A stretch of DNA of 64,000 nucleotides. It comes from Fidelibacterota bacterium (lineage in GTDB: Bacteria > Fidelibacterota > Marinisomatia > Marinisomatales > Marinisomataceae). The stretch is taken from NCBI GenBank assembly GCA_965212055.1, contig OZ243041.1:484149-548148 (forward strand), given 5' to 3'. Made by a program: the position numbers and the translations under genes. Every line of letters begins with the position of its first letter. The stretch's first letter is position 1. Below are positions 37,415 through 47,430 of the stretch, piece by piece. The notes beneath the pieces are model-generated. The model made no database searches. It saw only the letters and a program-made list of their open reading frames with translations, and had not been told where the DNA came from.

Positions 37415-38482
37415 TTGAAGTATCTTGCCATGTTTTTCATGGGATTAGTACTAGTCACTGTTTTGGTGGTTTTTGTTATTAAATCTCCAAAACAAGTCAT
37501 GGATGAATTGGTACGAAGAGGGGTGGAAGAACTATTAGTAGTGGAAGAAGACCCTAAAGATGTGATGCGAGTCATTTTTAATGGTACAGGAACTCCACTA
37601 GCAGCACAATTTGCATCCCAAAGTACGGTTATTGCCATCAATGATAATATATATGTTTTTGATGTTGGACCACGTTCGAATGCAAATCTTGTTATGAATA
37701 TGACCTTAGAACCTGCCTTTGTTAAAGCCGTATTTATCAGCCATACCCATTCTGATCATGTAGGAGATTTAGGGCAATTGAATTTAGCATCTTGGGTGCG
37801 TGGAAGAGAGGGACCATTACAAGTATATGGAACTGAAACAGTACAAGATTTGGTCGATGGATATAACTTAGCATATGCACCAGATCGAATGCACCGTGTT
37901 GCCCATCATGGAGCAGATTTGATTGATCCAGAAGTAGGATTGATGGAAGCCAATATTTTTAATACGGATGACGGGGAAGTATTAGTGTATAAAGATGATC
38001 AAATTGAAGTATCTGCATTCTATGTACCGCATGATCCAGTTACAGGAGCAGTAGGATATCGTATTACATGCCAAGATCGTTCAGTGATTATTTCAGGTGA
38101 CACGGCGTTAATGGATGATTATAGTTATGCCAATGGAGCGGATTTACTGATTCATGAAGGAATTTTCCACCAAGTAAACACCCGTATTGCTAGAATTGCA
38201 GAAAGAGTTGGAAAACTCCGTATGATGCAAATATTTGACCATATTAATCATTACCATACCAATATGATTGATTATGAAGGAGAACCTGGATTATTAAGCC
38301 GTATGGAAGGGATTGACATTGATATGTTGGTCTTAACCCATATTATTCCTACAAGAGACAATTTCTTAGTCAAACGCAAACTCAAAGAATTTATTTCTAA
38401 ATCTCCAGTAGAAACGATTGTGGTACAAGACAATGATGAAATTCATCTTCCATTAGGATCAGATGAGATTATCGTAAAATGA
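37415..38482 (+). CDS. MBL-fold metallo-hydrolase (RNase Z/ElaC-like fold), N-terminal TM anchor
   Basis: ISHTHSDHVGDL (HxHxDH) with downstream His/Asp ligands (..VPHDP.., ..SGDT.., ..LTHI..). TTG start. Confidence 0.75.
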   Translation: MKYLAMFFMGLVLVTVLVVFVIKSPKQVMDELVRRGVEELLVVEEDPKDVMRVIFNGTGTPLAAQFASQSTVIAINDNIYVFDVGPRSNANLVMNMTLEPAFVKAVFISHTHSDHVGDLGQLNLASWVRGREGPLQVYGTETVQDLVDGYNLAYAPDRMHRVAHHGADLIDPEVGLMEANIFNTDDGEVLVYKDDQIEVSAFYVPHDPVTGAVGYRITCQDRSVIISGDTALMDDYSYANGADLLIHEGIFHQVNTRIARIAERVGKLRMMQIFDHINHYHTNMIDYEGEPGLLSRMEGIDIDMLVLTHIIPTRDNFLVKRKLKEFISKSPVETIVVQDNDEIHLPLGSDEIIVK

Positions 38483-39138
38483 GCATTATTCATAGCCTAG
38501 AGTGGCGTTATGCTACGAAAAAATTTGACCCGAATAGAAAGGTAAGTAATCAAGATATTAGTACCTTAAAACGTGCCATTCAACTTGCACCATCTTCCTA
38601 TGGATTTCAGCTATACAAAGTTATTATCGTGAAAGATCAAGCAACCAAAGAAAGCTTGGTAAAACACTCCTATTATCAGTCCCAAGTTCGTGATTGCTCA
38701 CACTTGTTTGTTTTTTGTAGTTATAAGACTGTGAAACCAGAACATGTGGATGAATTTATTGATTTAATGAAAGAAGCGCGTACCCATGATAAAGAAGGGA
38801 TGAAACAAAAACTGAAATCCACCGCAAAAATGAAAGCGTATAGCGTAATTGCTAAAACAGATTTAGGAAGTCGTGATCCAAAGGATGCGGAAGAATGGAT
38901 GAAAAGACAATGTTATATTGCCTTAGGAAATCTAATGGCAACCTGTGCAGAAATGCGCATTGATTCGTGTCCGTTTGAAGGATTTAAATCAAAAGAATAT
39001 GACCGTATTTTAGGACTAACTGATCGCAATTTAACCAGCGCAGTATTATGTCCTGTTGGATACCGATCACCTGATGATCATCATCAACATCGTACCAAGG
39101 TTCGCAAACCAAAAGAACGATTATTCGAAGAGAAATAG
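38479..39138 (+). CDS. NAD(P)H nitroreductase-family flavoprotein
   Basis: LEWRYATKKFD..., APSSYGFQLYKVIIV, RIDSCPFEGF are nitroreductase-fold motifs. Confidence 0.8.
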   Translation: MSIIHSLEWRYATKKFDPNRKVSNQDISTLKRAIQLAPSSYGFQLYKVIIVKDQATKESLVKHSYYQSQVRDCSHLFVFCSYKTVKPEHVDEFIDLMKEARTHDKEGMKQKLKSTAKMKAYSVIAKTDLGSRDPKDAEEWMKRQCYIALGNLMATCAEMRIDSCPFEGFKSKEYDRILGLTDRNLTSAVLCPVGYRSPDDHHQHRTKVRKPKERLFEEK

Positions 39139-39139
39139 T

Positions 39140-39730
39140 ATGAGCCTTATTGATCCTATTCATACGATTGAAGATGCCGAAACCAAAGAGCTGGTAAAAT
39201 TCTTTAATGAAACCTTAGGATTTTGTCCAAATTCGGTTCTAACCATGCAAAAAAATCCAGCCCTTGCCAAAGCATTTATCAACCTCAATATGGCAGTGAT
39301 GGAGAATCATGGATCTTTAACCAGTGAGTTTAAACGTTTGATTGCATTTATTAGTAGCAATACCACCGGATGTAGGTATTGTCAGGCCCATACAATTAGA
39401 GCAGCGGAACGATACGGCGCAAGCAAAGAACGCCTTGACAATATTTGGAATTTTGAAGAAAGCGATTGTTTTTCTGATCAAGAAAAAGTCGCGCTTAAAT
39501 TTACTAGGGAAGCAAGCAAAGTTCCTGTAGCAACCACCAAAGAACTGGAAGAGGAGTTAAAGCAACATTGGAGTGAGAATGATATCATTGAAATTATGTC
39601 CGTGATTGCTTTATTTGGCTATTTAAATCGATGGAACGATGTGATGGGGACTTCTTTGGAAGAGGATGCGGTAGAATCCGCCAATCAATATCTCAAAGAT
39701 AAAGGGTGGGATATTGGAAAACACCATTAA
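39140..39730 (+). CDS. AhpD-like / carboxymuconolactone decarboxylase-family peroxidase-related protein
   Basis: TGCRYCQAH (CxxC) in an AhpD-like helical context. ATG 39140 starts 2 nt after the nitroreductase stop. The track start 39056 is inside the upstream gene. Confidence 0.7.
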   Translation: MSLIDPIHTIEDAETKELVKFFNETLGFCPNSVLTMQKNPALAKAFINLNMAVMENHGSLTSEFKRLIAFISSNTTGCRYCQAHTIRAAERYGASKERLDNIWNFEESDCFSDQEKVALKFTREASKVPVATTKELEEELKQHWSENDIIEIMSVIALFGYLNRWNDVMGTSLEEDAVESANQYLKDKGWDIGKHH

Positions 39731-39732
39731 AC

Positions 39733-39762
39733 AAAAAAGGCACTTTTCAGTGCCTTTTTTTT
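39733..39762. terminator. bidirectional rho-independent terminator between convergent genes
   Basis: AAAAAA-GGCACT-tttc-AGTGCC-TTTTTTTT: perfect 6-bp GC-rich stem flanked by A and T runs. Confidence 0.8.
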
Positions 39763-39811
39763 ATGAATAAACGTATCCAAGAGAATTGTAGCCGTCAGAG
39801 AAGGATGCCGT

Positions 39812-40633
39812 TTATTCTTCTTCATCAACAATGATTCGTTGTTGTTGAATGCCTGTAGATGCAATTTCATTAGTAGTACCTTCTTTTGTGCCTCTTATGA
39901 GATCAAAAGATACTTGTGTGTCTTCATCAGCTGCATATACTTTGATATGAGATCTGTCTACTCTTTCTTCAGTATCCACAATTGATTGATTGTCTTCATC
40001 AACTGTTACTACGTTTGCAACAACAATAGTATCTTCATAGAAGTAATTGGTGGTATACAATCCACCTTCCCATTCAAATACTTGTCCCGCACCTAAGTCA
40101 CTACGTGCTTTTAAGAATGCCACTTTAAACGTGTCGCCTTCATAGCTTTTTACAAGAGCCCAATCGATTGTTTTAAGTTCACTTTTATCTTCCAAGATTT
40201 CTTCATACCATAAATTGGTGGTATACATCATTCCTTGCCACTTAAAGGCTCTTCCAGGTCCTAACATTCCGCGTGCTGCAGCAAAGGCCTCTGGAAAGGT
40301 TTCTTGATCAAAACTGTAATGTTCTGGTTCAGATGATTCTGTCAACAAACTAGGATCATTCTTTGGTGCAGTTACACCATCGATCAGATTGCTTTCTGCT
40401 GTAGGTTTTATTTCTGTCACCCCACCAGCTAGTGTTCGTAATTCAGGGTTACCATTATCTTCAGTCGCATCTACTGTAGTTGCTACTTCTTGCGAAACAA
40501 CAGAGTCGGTTTCTGAGAGGGCAGAGCCTAGTTGGATATCTTTGGTGGAATTCATGAATAAGATTAAAAGCGTTACTCCAAGAGCAACCGCTCCAAATGT
40601 GATTTTTTCAAATATGCTATACATTATTTTCAT
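39812..40633 (-). CDS. membrane-anchored protein with an internally duplicated about 40-aa module, unknown function
   Basis: N-terminal TM anchor. YSFDQETFPEAFAAARGMLGPGRAFKWQGMMYTTNLWYEE and KSYEGDTFKVAFLKARSDLGAGQVFEWEGGLYTTNYFYED share 20/40 identities by hand alignment. Confidence 0.45.
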   Translation of the reverse strand: MKIMYSIFEKITFGAVALGVTLLILFMNSTKDIQLGSALSETDSVVSQEVATTVDATEDNGNPELRTLAGGVTEIKPTAESNLIDGVTAPKNDPSLLTESSEPEHYSFDQETFPEAFAAARGMLGPGRAFKWQGMMYTTNLWYEEILEDKSELKTIDWALVKSYEGDTFKVAFLKARSDLGAGQVFEWEGGLYTTNYFYEDTIVVANVVTVDEDNQSIVDTEERVDRSHIKVYAADEDTQVSFDLIRGTKEGTTNEIASTGIQQQRIIVDEEE

Positions 40634-40804
40634 CTCCGTCTTTGTACCATCTTTTTCGCTTTCCCGTAGTAGTATATGTCTTATAAATGGAATGGTTTCA
40701 AGTTTTTTTGTAAATTATCCTAGAATATAAAAAGTGTAGACACATAACTGAGGAGTTTGAAATGTCTGATAACAAACATGAAGAGCAAATCCTGATTAAG
40801 GTAT

Positions 40805-40832
40805 TTTGCGCATAATATATATTATGTATAAT
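40805..40832. other. dif: candidate dif site (XerC/XerD chromosome-dimer resolution site)
   Basis: TTTGCGCATAA TATATA TTATGTATAAT versus E. coli dif GGTGCGCATAA TGTATA TTATGTTAAAT gives 23/28 identical. The spacer and 9/11 of the right arm also match B. subtilis dif. It lies at the gene-orientation switch of the window. Confidence 0.6.
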
Positions 40833-40839
40833 TGATGAG

Positions 40840-41547
40840 ATGAATAAAAATAGACTAGTAAAACAAACAAGATGTGCCCTATTACTCTACATTGTAGCAA
40901 TATTTGTAGCAATGCCCCTTTATGCTGGCGGAACCTATGCTATTAAAGATATTGCTACCTTCTATAATTTCTGTACTAATTTTCTAAGCGATCTTGGAAG
41001 AACTACTAGTCATTCTGGTGATTTAAACTTCTTTTCTAGTTTTTTATTTAATAATGCTATGGTTATTTTCGGAATCTTTTATGGTCGATTTATATACCAT
41101 ATGACAAATTATCTTAATGATATAGATCAAAATATAGCTTCTTTGGCCAAAATTGCATCAATAATCGCCTGTTTTTCTACAATTGGGGTTGCATTAACCC
41201 CCGCAGATGTTGATTCCTTATATCTTGCTCATATCCTGTTTGCTAACAATATTTTCTATTTTGGGTGTTTTGGGACTGCTCTTTTTGGATATTTATTTCT
41301 GAAATCAAATGCAATTGATAATAAATATGGTTGGATACTACTATTTTATTCCTTTGCTACCATTGGTTACATCTGTGTAATGTGGTATGGTCCAAAACCA
41401 TTCTTCGTATTAGCCGATGGATCAATATCGCCATCAGCCCATGGATTAATGGTGCAAGCCTCTGCACAAAAGATCATCTTCTTAATTGGATTCTTCTCGA
41501 ATTGGATGACGGTTAAAGCAATAGGTTTACTTGACAACAAAGTTTAG
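40840..41547 (+). CDS. polytopic membrane protein (possibly DUF998-like)
   Basis: Six or so hydrophobic helices. The FLSDLG motif resembles DUF998 (weak, from memory). The 3' end overlaps leuS by 21 nt (convergent). Confidence 0.4.
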   Translation: MNKNRLVKQTRCALLLYIVAIFVAMPLYAGGTYAIKDIATFYNFCTNFLSDLGRTTSHSGDLNFFSSFLFNNAMVIFGIFYGRFIYHMTNYLNDIDQNIASLAKIASIIACFSTIGVALTPADVDSLYLAHILFANNIFYFGCFGTALFGYLFLKSNAIDNKYGWILLFYSFATIGYICVMWYGPKPFFVLADGSISPSAHGLMVQASAQKIIFLIGFFSNWMTVKAIGLLDNKV

Positions 41548-43965
41548 TAATCTATTCGGTATATAGATTGTTTTTACAATAGATCCTTTTGAAGTATAAT
41601 TTTCTACTTTTTCAAGCGCTAATGCTGCATCCACAGCAGTCGTTTCATCAGAATCTTTTGCTAAAGTAATATTTGCCCTCAATTTGCCGTTTACTTGTAC
41701 CACAACTGTCACTTCATCAGTCTGAGTTAGTTGTTCATCGTAATCAGGCCAATTTTCGTATGCAAGAGAGTCTTTATTGCCTAATAATGACCAGAATTCT
41801 TCCGAAAGATGTGGCATAAATGGTGATGATGCTTTAACAAGATCTACGATCAAATCTCTTGAAATCTTGTTACATTTTTGTAGATGATTGCAATAAATCA
41901 TTAATTGAGAAACCGCAGTATTAAAGTGAAGATTTTCAATATCATCCCCCACTTTTTTAATGGTAGTATGATGGAGATGTAATGTTTCTTTGTCTGGAGT
42001 AACATCTTCTGCTATTTTTGAGGACAACTTCCCTTCTTCATCGACAATAATAGCCCATAATTTGTTGACAAATCTGTAACATCCTTGTAATCCTTTAGTA
42101 TTCCATGGTTTTGATTTATTGAGTGGTCCCATAAACATTTCATATAATCGCATTGAATCGGCACCGTATTCATCGATAATATCATCAGGGTTAACAACAT
42201 TTCCTCTTGATTTACTCATTTTGGCTCCATCATCTCCTAAAATCATTCCCTGATTGTATAATTTTTTAAAGGGTTCTTTCGTTGATACAAGACCTAAATC
42301 GTGTAATACATGGTGCCAAAATCTTGAATATAATAAATGCAGTACAGCATGTTCTTGTCCTCCAATATATAAATCAACTGGCATCCAGTATTTTTCTTTC
42401 TTTTTAGACCATGAATTATCTCTATTTAATGGGTCAATAAAGCGCAAATAATACCAACAGGAACCAGCCCATTGAGGCATCGTGTTTGTTTCTCTAAGTC
42501 CAACAATATTACCCGATGAATCTTTTATTTCAACCCAACTTTCGATAGTAGAAAGTGGAGATTTTCCATCATCTGATGGTTTGTAATTTTCTACTTCTGG
42601 CAACATAACAGGGAGATCTTCTTCTTTAACCGTTTCTAATCCGTCATCTGTATGAATAATTGGAAAAGGTTCTCCCCAATAACGCTGTCTAGAAAACAAC
42701 CAATCTCTTAGCTTATAATTGACTGCTCCAGTACCTAATCCTTTTTTTTCAATATATTGAATTGTTTTCTTGATAGCTTTTTCAACTGTTAATCCATCAA
42801 TTGAGAGTGTATCTGGGTGTGAAGAATTCACAATTATAGCATCACCTTTGTCTATAAAAGCTGCTTTTGTAACGTCTCCCCCCTTCACCACTTCTTTAAT
42901 TGGTAAATCATATTTTTTTGCAAACTCCCAATCACGTTCATCGTGTCCAGGAACCGCCATAATTGCTCCTGTACCATAACTAATAAGTACATAGTCAGCA
43001 ACCCAGATTTCCATTTCTTCTTTACTAAGAGGATTAATAGCATAGGATCCTGTAAAAATACCTGTTTTATCTTTATTAATTTCTGTTCTATCAAAGTCAG
43101 ATTTTTGCTGTGTTTCTTTAATATACTTTTCTACTGCTTTTTTTTGCTTTTCTGTGACAATTGTATCAACAAGTGGGTGTTCCGGTGCTATGACCATATA
43201 TGTTGCTCCAAATAACGTATCTGACCTAGTTGTGTACACTTTAATAGGTTCTTCTGAAGAATCTTTGATAGAAAAGTTGATTTCTACTCCTTCGGATTTT
43301 CCAATCCAATTTTTCTGGAGTTCTTTAATATTCTCTGGCCAATCTAAATCTTCAAGCCCATTTAATAAAGATTCAGCGTATTTAGTAATTTTTAATACCC
43401 ATTGCTTCATTGGAGTTCGATAGACAGGATGTCCTCCGATATCTGATTTCCCATCTACCACTTCTTCATTTGCAAGTACAGCACGTAGTTCTGGACACCA
43501 ATTAACCGCTACTTCTTCTTGGTAAGCAAGTCCTTGGTTATATAATTGAAGAAAAATCCATTGGGTCCACTTATAATATTCTGGGTCAGTAGTATTAATC
43601 TCTCTGGACCAATCATAAGAAAATCCAAGTTGATTAATTTGTCGTTTAAAATTTTGAATATTTTGTGAAGTAGTAACGCTAGGGTGAGTTCCTGTTTTAA
43701 TTGCATATTGTTCTGCTGGAAGCCCAAATGCATCCCATCCCATAGGATGCAATACATTAAATCCTTTCATACGTTTAAATCGTGCAATAATGTCGGTTGC
43801 AACATAGCCAAGAGCATGTCCTACATGTAATCCTGAACCGGATGGATAAGGAAACATATCTAAAACGTAGTATTTTGGCTTACTGTCTTCTGAGGTTAAA
43901 AAAGTATTATTATTTGTCCAGTATTCCTGCCATTTTGGTTCAATTTTTTTATGATTGTAACTCAA
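41527..43965 (-). CDS. leuS: leucine--tRNA ligase
   Basis: [18 protein letters not shown] (HIGH), KMSKSRGN (KMSKS), CP1 editing domain. 812 aa. Confidence 0.95.
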   Translation of the reverse strand: MSYNHKKIEPKWQEYWTNNNTFLTSEDSKPKYYVLDMFPYPSGSGLHVGHALGYVATDIIARFKRMKGFNVLHPMGWDAFGLPAEQYAIKTGTHPSVTTSQNIQNFKRQINQLGFSYDWSREINTTDPEYYKWTQWIFLQLYNQGLAYQEEVAVNWCPELRAVLANEEVVDGKSDIGGHPVYRTPMKQWVLKITKYAESLLNGLEDLDWPENIKELQKNWIGKSEGVEINFSIKDSSEEPIKVYTTRSDTLFGATYMVIAPEHPLVDTIVTEKQKKAVEKYIKETQQKSDFDRTEINKDKTGIFTGSYAINPLSKEEMEIWVADYVLISYGTGAIMAVPGHDERDWEFAKKYDLPIKEVVKGGDVTKAAFIDKGDAIIVNSSHPDTLSIDGLTVEKAIKKTIQYIEKKGLGTGAVNYKLRDWLFSRQRYWGEPFPIIHTDDGLETVKEEDLPVMLPEVENYKPSDDGKSPLSTIESWVEIKDSSGNIVGLRETNTMPQWAGSCWYYLRFIDPLNRDNSWSKKKEKYWMPVDLYIGGQEHAVLHLLYSRFWHHVLHDLGLVSTKEPFKKLYNQGMILGDDGAKMSKSRGNVVNPDDIIDEYGADSMRLYEMFMGPLNKSKPWNTKGLQGCYRFVNKLWAIIVDEEGKLSSKIAEDVTPDKETLHLHHTTIKKVGDDIENLHFNTAVSQLMIYCNHLQKCNKISRDLIVDLVKASSPFMPHLSEEFWSLLGNKDSLAYENWPDYDEQLTQTDEVTVVVQVNGKLRANITLAKDSDETTAVDAALALEKVENYTSKGSIVKTIYIPNRLLNFVVK

Positions 43966-43967
43966 AA

Positions 43968-44498
43968 TTAATAGAAGCTTTCAACTTGTTTTATCCAATC
44001 TAAAATAATAGCATTTATCTCAACGGGCCTTGTATCATCTGTATTCCATCCACTACTTCCTCCTCCACTTTCAAATCCGCTTGAGAAAGAACTGGTCATT
44101 GGTCCAGATACCTCATCATCTTGAAGAATTGAATTCGTATAGAATTTTGCAAATACTTTTTTGGTTGTTGGATCTCGAAACAAGATATATGATTTCTTTG
44201 GATCAGCGGTATCTCCATAGTATGGATCAAAATTAAAATCTTCAAATAGAATTTCTATTTCTACATTCCCATCAGTATCTGGAGGTAAAATTTCAAATCC
44301 AATCTTTACCAACTCTGATTGAAGAGCTTGAATATGTTGTACCATAAACGGGTCCTGAATGTAGTCGTTAATGAATTCTTCAATCTTGTTATTGTCACTT
44401 AGTTTGACTTTTTTTCTTCTAAATTGTCCTTGTAAATCTGATGTAAAGACAATCAACAATACAAACGCTAATAAATATGTAAATCTTTCTAATTTCAT
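43968..44498 (-). CDS. secreted protein, unknown function
   Basis: Signal peptide [24 protein letters not shown]. No family recognised. Confidence 0.4.
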   Translation of the reverse strand: MKLERFTYLLAFVLLIVFTSDLQGQFRRKKVKLSDNNKIEEFINDYIQDPFMVQHIQALQSELVKIGFEILPPDTDGNVEIEILFEDFNFDPYYGDTADPKKSYILFRDPTTKKVFAKFYTNSILQDDEVSGPMTSSFSSGFESGGGSSGWNTDDTRPVEINAIILDWIKQVESFY

Positions 44499-44514
44499 TT
44501 TGGTCTCCTATGTT

Positions 44515-45072
44515 CTATATCGCGCAACCGTTTATTCCCCTCTTTTTATAATAATCTTGATGATAATCTTCTGCATCATAAAAATCATTCACCGGTTCGA
44601 CTTCTGTTACTATTTTTGTTCTAAATTTACCGGATTCATTTACTGCATTAATTATCTTTTCAGCCAATTCTTTTTCATTATCATTGCCATAAAATATAGC
44701 AGATCGATATTGGGTTCCAACGTCTGGCCCTTGTCTATTGGGTGTCGTTGGATCGTGTAATTCAAAAAAAGTATTTAGAAGATTCTCGTATGATATGACA
44801 CTTGCATCATACACAACCTTAATAGCTTCTGCATGTCCTGTAATCCCAGTACACACAACTTCATAAGAAGGATTCTCCGCATTTCCTCCTGTATACCCCA
44901 CCGTTGTAGAAACTACTCCTTCAAGTGATTGGAAAGTAGATTCTACTCCCCAAAAACATCCTGCAGCAAAAAATGCGTTATTATGATTTTTACTTTCTTG
45001 TGCCATAACTATGCTAAATAAGCTAATTGAAAATAATGAAAAATTATATAAAGTACTATTTCTTGTAATCAT
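44515..45072 (-). CDS. msrA: peptide-methionine (S)-S-oxide reductase, secreted form
   Basis: FAAGCFWGVE active-site motif, GYTGG, HAEAIKVVYD. The ATG at 45072 (MITRNSTLYNFSLFSISLFSIVMA) gives a signal peptide. The track TTG start is at 45090. Confidence 0.9.
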   Translation of the reverse strand: MITRNSTLYNFSLFSISLFSIVMAQESKNHNNAFFAAGCFWGVESTFQSLEGVVSTTVGYTGGNAENPSYEVVCTGITGHAEAIKVVYDASVISYENLLNTFFELHDPTTPNRQGPDVGTQYRSAIFYGNDNEKELAEKIINAVNESGKFRTKIVTEVEPVNDFYDAEDYHQDYYKKRGINGCAI

Positions 45073-45190
45073 AATATATCCACGCTCCAATTAGTCCCAT
45101 AGGGATTGATATAATTACACCAATAACAGGAATCAGAATGGATGCAAAAGAAATTCCTACTCCTACTAATAGTGAATTTAATATCCTCAT
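45056..45190 (-). CDS. 44-aa hydrophobic mini-protein (below ORF-track cutoff)
   Basis: ATGA overlap with the stop of gene 45187..45639. MRILNSLLVGVGISFASILIPVIGVIISIPMGLIGAWIYYDYKK (probable two-helix hairpin). Confidence 0.4.
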   Translation of the reverse strand: MRILNSLLVGVGISFASILIPVIGVIISIPMGLIGAWIYYDYKK

Positions 45191-45639
45191 TGAGAATCAT
45201 CATTATCTGATTCACTATAATTAAATTCAACCCGGATCCAATCTAAAGACGTATTACCTGCGTAATCGCTTACCCATGCTTTAACAATAAAACTATTCTC
45301 AGTAGTAGCACCACAGTTAGAACTACAAAAACTTGTTGAATCAAATGCATAATTAGTTTGAAATGTTGTGATAAGAGAATCTGTGCTCATATCATTGCTA
45401 AGAAAGATTTCAATCCCATCAATTTCCAAGAAAACAGCTAATATTGCAAGATCATCGCTTGCAGTGATATCAAAATCAATTGTTTGTCCTGTCACATAGA
45501 TTGAATCTGTTACAGGCTGATTAATGGTAATAGTTGGAACTTCCATATCTATATCAGTTATTGGAAGCGATACACTTACTTGTTCATCTACATCACAAGA
45601 TAATATAAACAAAAATACGAGTCCTAGTATTTGTCTCAT
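45187..45639 (-). CDS. lipoprotein with Ig-like beta-sandwich character, unknown function
   Basis: Lipobox FILSCDV. ITINQPVTDSIYVTGQTIDFDITASDD resembles Ig-like/BACON-type folds (weak). Confidence 0.4.
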   Translation of the reverse strand: MRQILGLVFLFILSCDVDEQVSVSLPITDIDMEVPTITINQPVTDSIYVTGQTIDFDITASDDLAILAVFLEIDGIEIFLSNDMSTDSLITTFQTNYAFDSTSFCSSNCGATTENSFIVKAWVSDYAGNTSLDWIRVEFNYSESDNDDSQ

Positions 45640-46874
45640 CTTGCTGTCCTTGGTTGGTTAAATCCTAATGAAAGAACCGATGCTACAATTAATGCTATAA
45701 TAGTATGAGCTAAAATTAAGTATACAAAATTGGTAAAAAATCCTAGATATATAAATACAAGAACAGCACATGCTCGTATCACCTCTACATTATTAGCATA
45801 ATTTCTTCCATCAAGCAATAGTGCGTTTGATATTGCTAATGTTGATACCAATATTGCAACACCAGCCATCTCTGGATAGGAAAATTTCTCAACATTAAAT
45901 AGCATTAATATTGTAAGACCATTTATCATACTAAATTGAAAGAATGCAAACACTTTTTCCATAGTTGTGATTTCTGGATCATATTTTTCAAAATTGTCCA
46001 AATCATTCTTATGAACAGGATATTTTTCTACAACATCATCTGGTCTCCATGCAGGAGGAGAAAACCATACACGTATTTTATCTTTAAACCTTTTTGTTCG
46101 ATAGGAATCTAAAATCATTTGATAAAAAACCTCAACATTCGCCCATAAAGGATTAAATGTCTTTAATGGCTTTACTGTACCATAAACAGGCTTTAAATCT
46201 TCTCTTTCGTCAATAAAAGTTCCAAAAATGCGATCCCAAATTATAAAAACACCTCCATAATTTGCATCTAAATAATCATCGTTTTGAGCGTGATGTATTC
46301 TATGATTTGATGGAGTTATAAATATGTACTCTAAAACTCCCAACCTTCCAATATGCTCAGTATGTACCCAGAATTGATAGATCAAATTTATTCCGGCCAC
46401 TGTAACAAAAACATTTGGTGGAATTCCTATAAGAAACATTGGTAGAAAGAATATCCACTTCCAAAGAAAGCCAGTACTAGTCTGTCTCATAGCTGTCGAT
46501 AAATTAAATTCTTCTCCATGATGATGAACTACATGCGTTGCCCAGAAAACCTTTACTTCATGGTGTAAACGATGCATCCAGTAATAACATATATCATACA
46601 TGAAAAAAGCAGTTACCCAAACCCAAGTTTCCGTTGAGTTTAGCAAACTTAAGTTAAACTCTTCAGCAACATAAGTATAGACGACATACTGAAAACCCAA
46701 CGCGAGCAATGGGACAAATCTACTGATTAACCCCAATGACATACTGGCTAGTGCATCATTTATTCTGTAATTATTTTCTCTTTTAATAAGTCCATAAACG
46801 AACTCAATACCGACTAAAAGCATAAAGAATGGAATCGCATAAGTAATAAGTGGTGAGCTATCTTGACCAAACAT
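45636..46874 (-). CDS. fatty-acid hydroxylase / sterol desaturase-family membrane protein with extra C-terminal TM domain
   Basis: His boxes HRLHH, HVVHHH and HRIHH, spaced as in the FA_hydroxylase superfamily. Confidence 0.8.
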   Translation of the reverse strand: MFGQDSSPLITYAIPFFMLLVGIEFVYGLIKRENNYRINDALASMSLGLISRFVPLLALGFQYVVYTYVAEEFNLSLLNSTETWVWVTAFFMYDICYYWMHRLHHEVKVFWATHVVHHHGEEFNLSTAMRQTSTGFLWKWIFFLPMFLIGIPPNVFVTVAGINLIYQFWVHTEHIGRLGVLEYIFITPSNHRIHHAQNDDYLDANYGGVFIIWDRIFGTFIDEREDLKPVYGTVKPLKTFNPLWANVEVFYQMILDSYRTKRFKDKIRVWFSPPAWRPDDVVEKYPVHKNDLDNFEKYDPEITTMEKVFAFFQFSMINGLTILMLFNVEKFSYPEMAGVAILVSTLAISNALLLDGRNYANNVEVIRACAVLVFIYLGFFTNFVYLILAHTIIALIVASVLSLGFNQPRTAR

Positions 46875-46912
46875 ATTAAGATAATTTAATGATTTTTTTT
46901 ATCATAGAAACC

Positions 46913-46953
46913 AAAAAGTCTCTCAGTGAATAATGCTATCCACTTGAAGAGAC
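46913..46953 (-). terminator. probable rho-independent terminator downstream of the MerR-family gene
   Basis: On the - strand: GTCTCTTCAAGTG-loop-CACTGAGAGAC followed by TTTTT. The stem is imperfect (bulges). Confidence 0.45.
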
Positions 46954-47005
46954 CTTTGGTTGACTACATAATCTTTAAAAAGATATAAACAATGTTGTGT
47001 AATTG

Positions 47006-47356
47006 TCAATGTCTATTTAATTCATTAAGTATGCTATTAAGTTCATTACGAACTTCGTGAAGAACAGATTTATCACGTTCTTTTACCTCTCTTACCCTTG
47101 AATGTTCATGAGAAGCGTTTTTTAATTCTTCAATTGCGCCCTTGATAGTAAATTTTTTGTCATATAATAATTTCTTAATATTTAAGATCACCGAAATATC
47201 ATTTTGTTTATAGGTGCGATTTCCTGCTCTATTCTTTGATGGCTTTAATGATGGAAATTCAGACTCCCAATATCTTAAGACATAAGGTTTAAGCTTGGTT
47301 AGTTCACTTACTTCTTTAATGCTGTAATATAATTTTGAACTTGATTCATGCATCAC
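47006..47356 (-). CDS. MerR-family transcriptional regulator
   Basis: YSIKEVSELTKLKPYVLRYWESEFPSLKPSKNRAGNRTYKQNDI is a MerR-type winged HTH. Coiled-coil C-terminus. Confidence 0.85.
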   Translation of the reverse strand: MMHESSSKLYYSIKEVSELTKLKPYVLRYWESEFPSLKPSKNRAGNRTYKQNDISVILNIKKLLYDKKFTIKGAIEELKNASHEHSRVREVKERDKSVLHEVRNELNSILNELNRH

Positions 47357-47367
47357 TTTAATTAATC

Positions 47368-47415
47368 CATTACTTTAACTACTTTATACACATAAATTAT
47401 ATCATTAAAGTAATG
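47368..47415. promoter_or_regulatory. 11-bp perfect inverted repeat (CATTACTTTAA-N26-TTAAAGTAATG) between ald and the MerR-family gene
   Basis: Arms at 47368-47378 and 47405-47415. The repeat starts 12 nt upstream of the MerR gene start and ends 16 nt after the ald stop (- strand). Confidence 0.3.
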
Positions 47416-47430
47416 CTTTAATAATGAAAT

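Noticed and set aside
40762-40815. 17-aa ORF (MSDNKHEEQILIKVFCA) in the intergenic region containing dif
   Set aside because: It is too short, has no coupling or ribosome-binding-site evidence, and its 3' end runs into the dif-like sequence. It is probably fortuitous.
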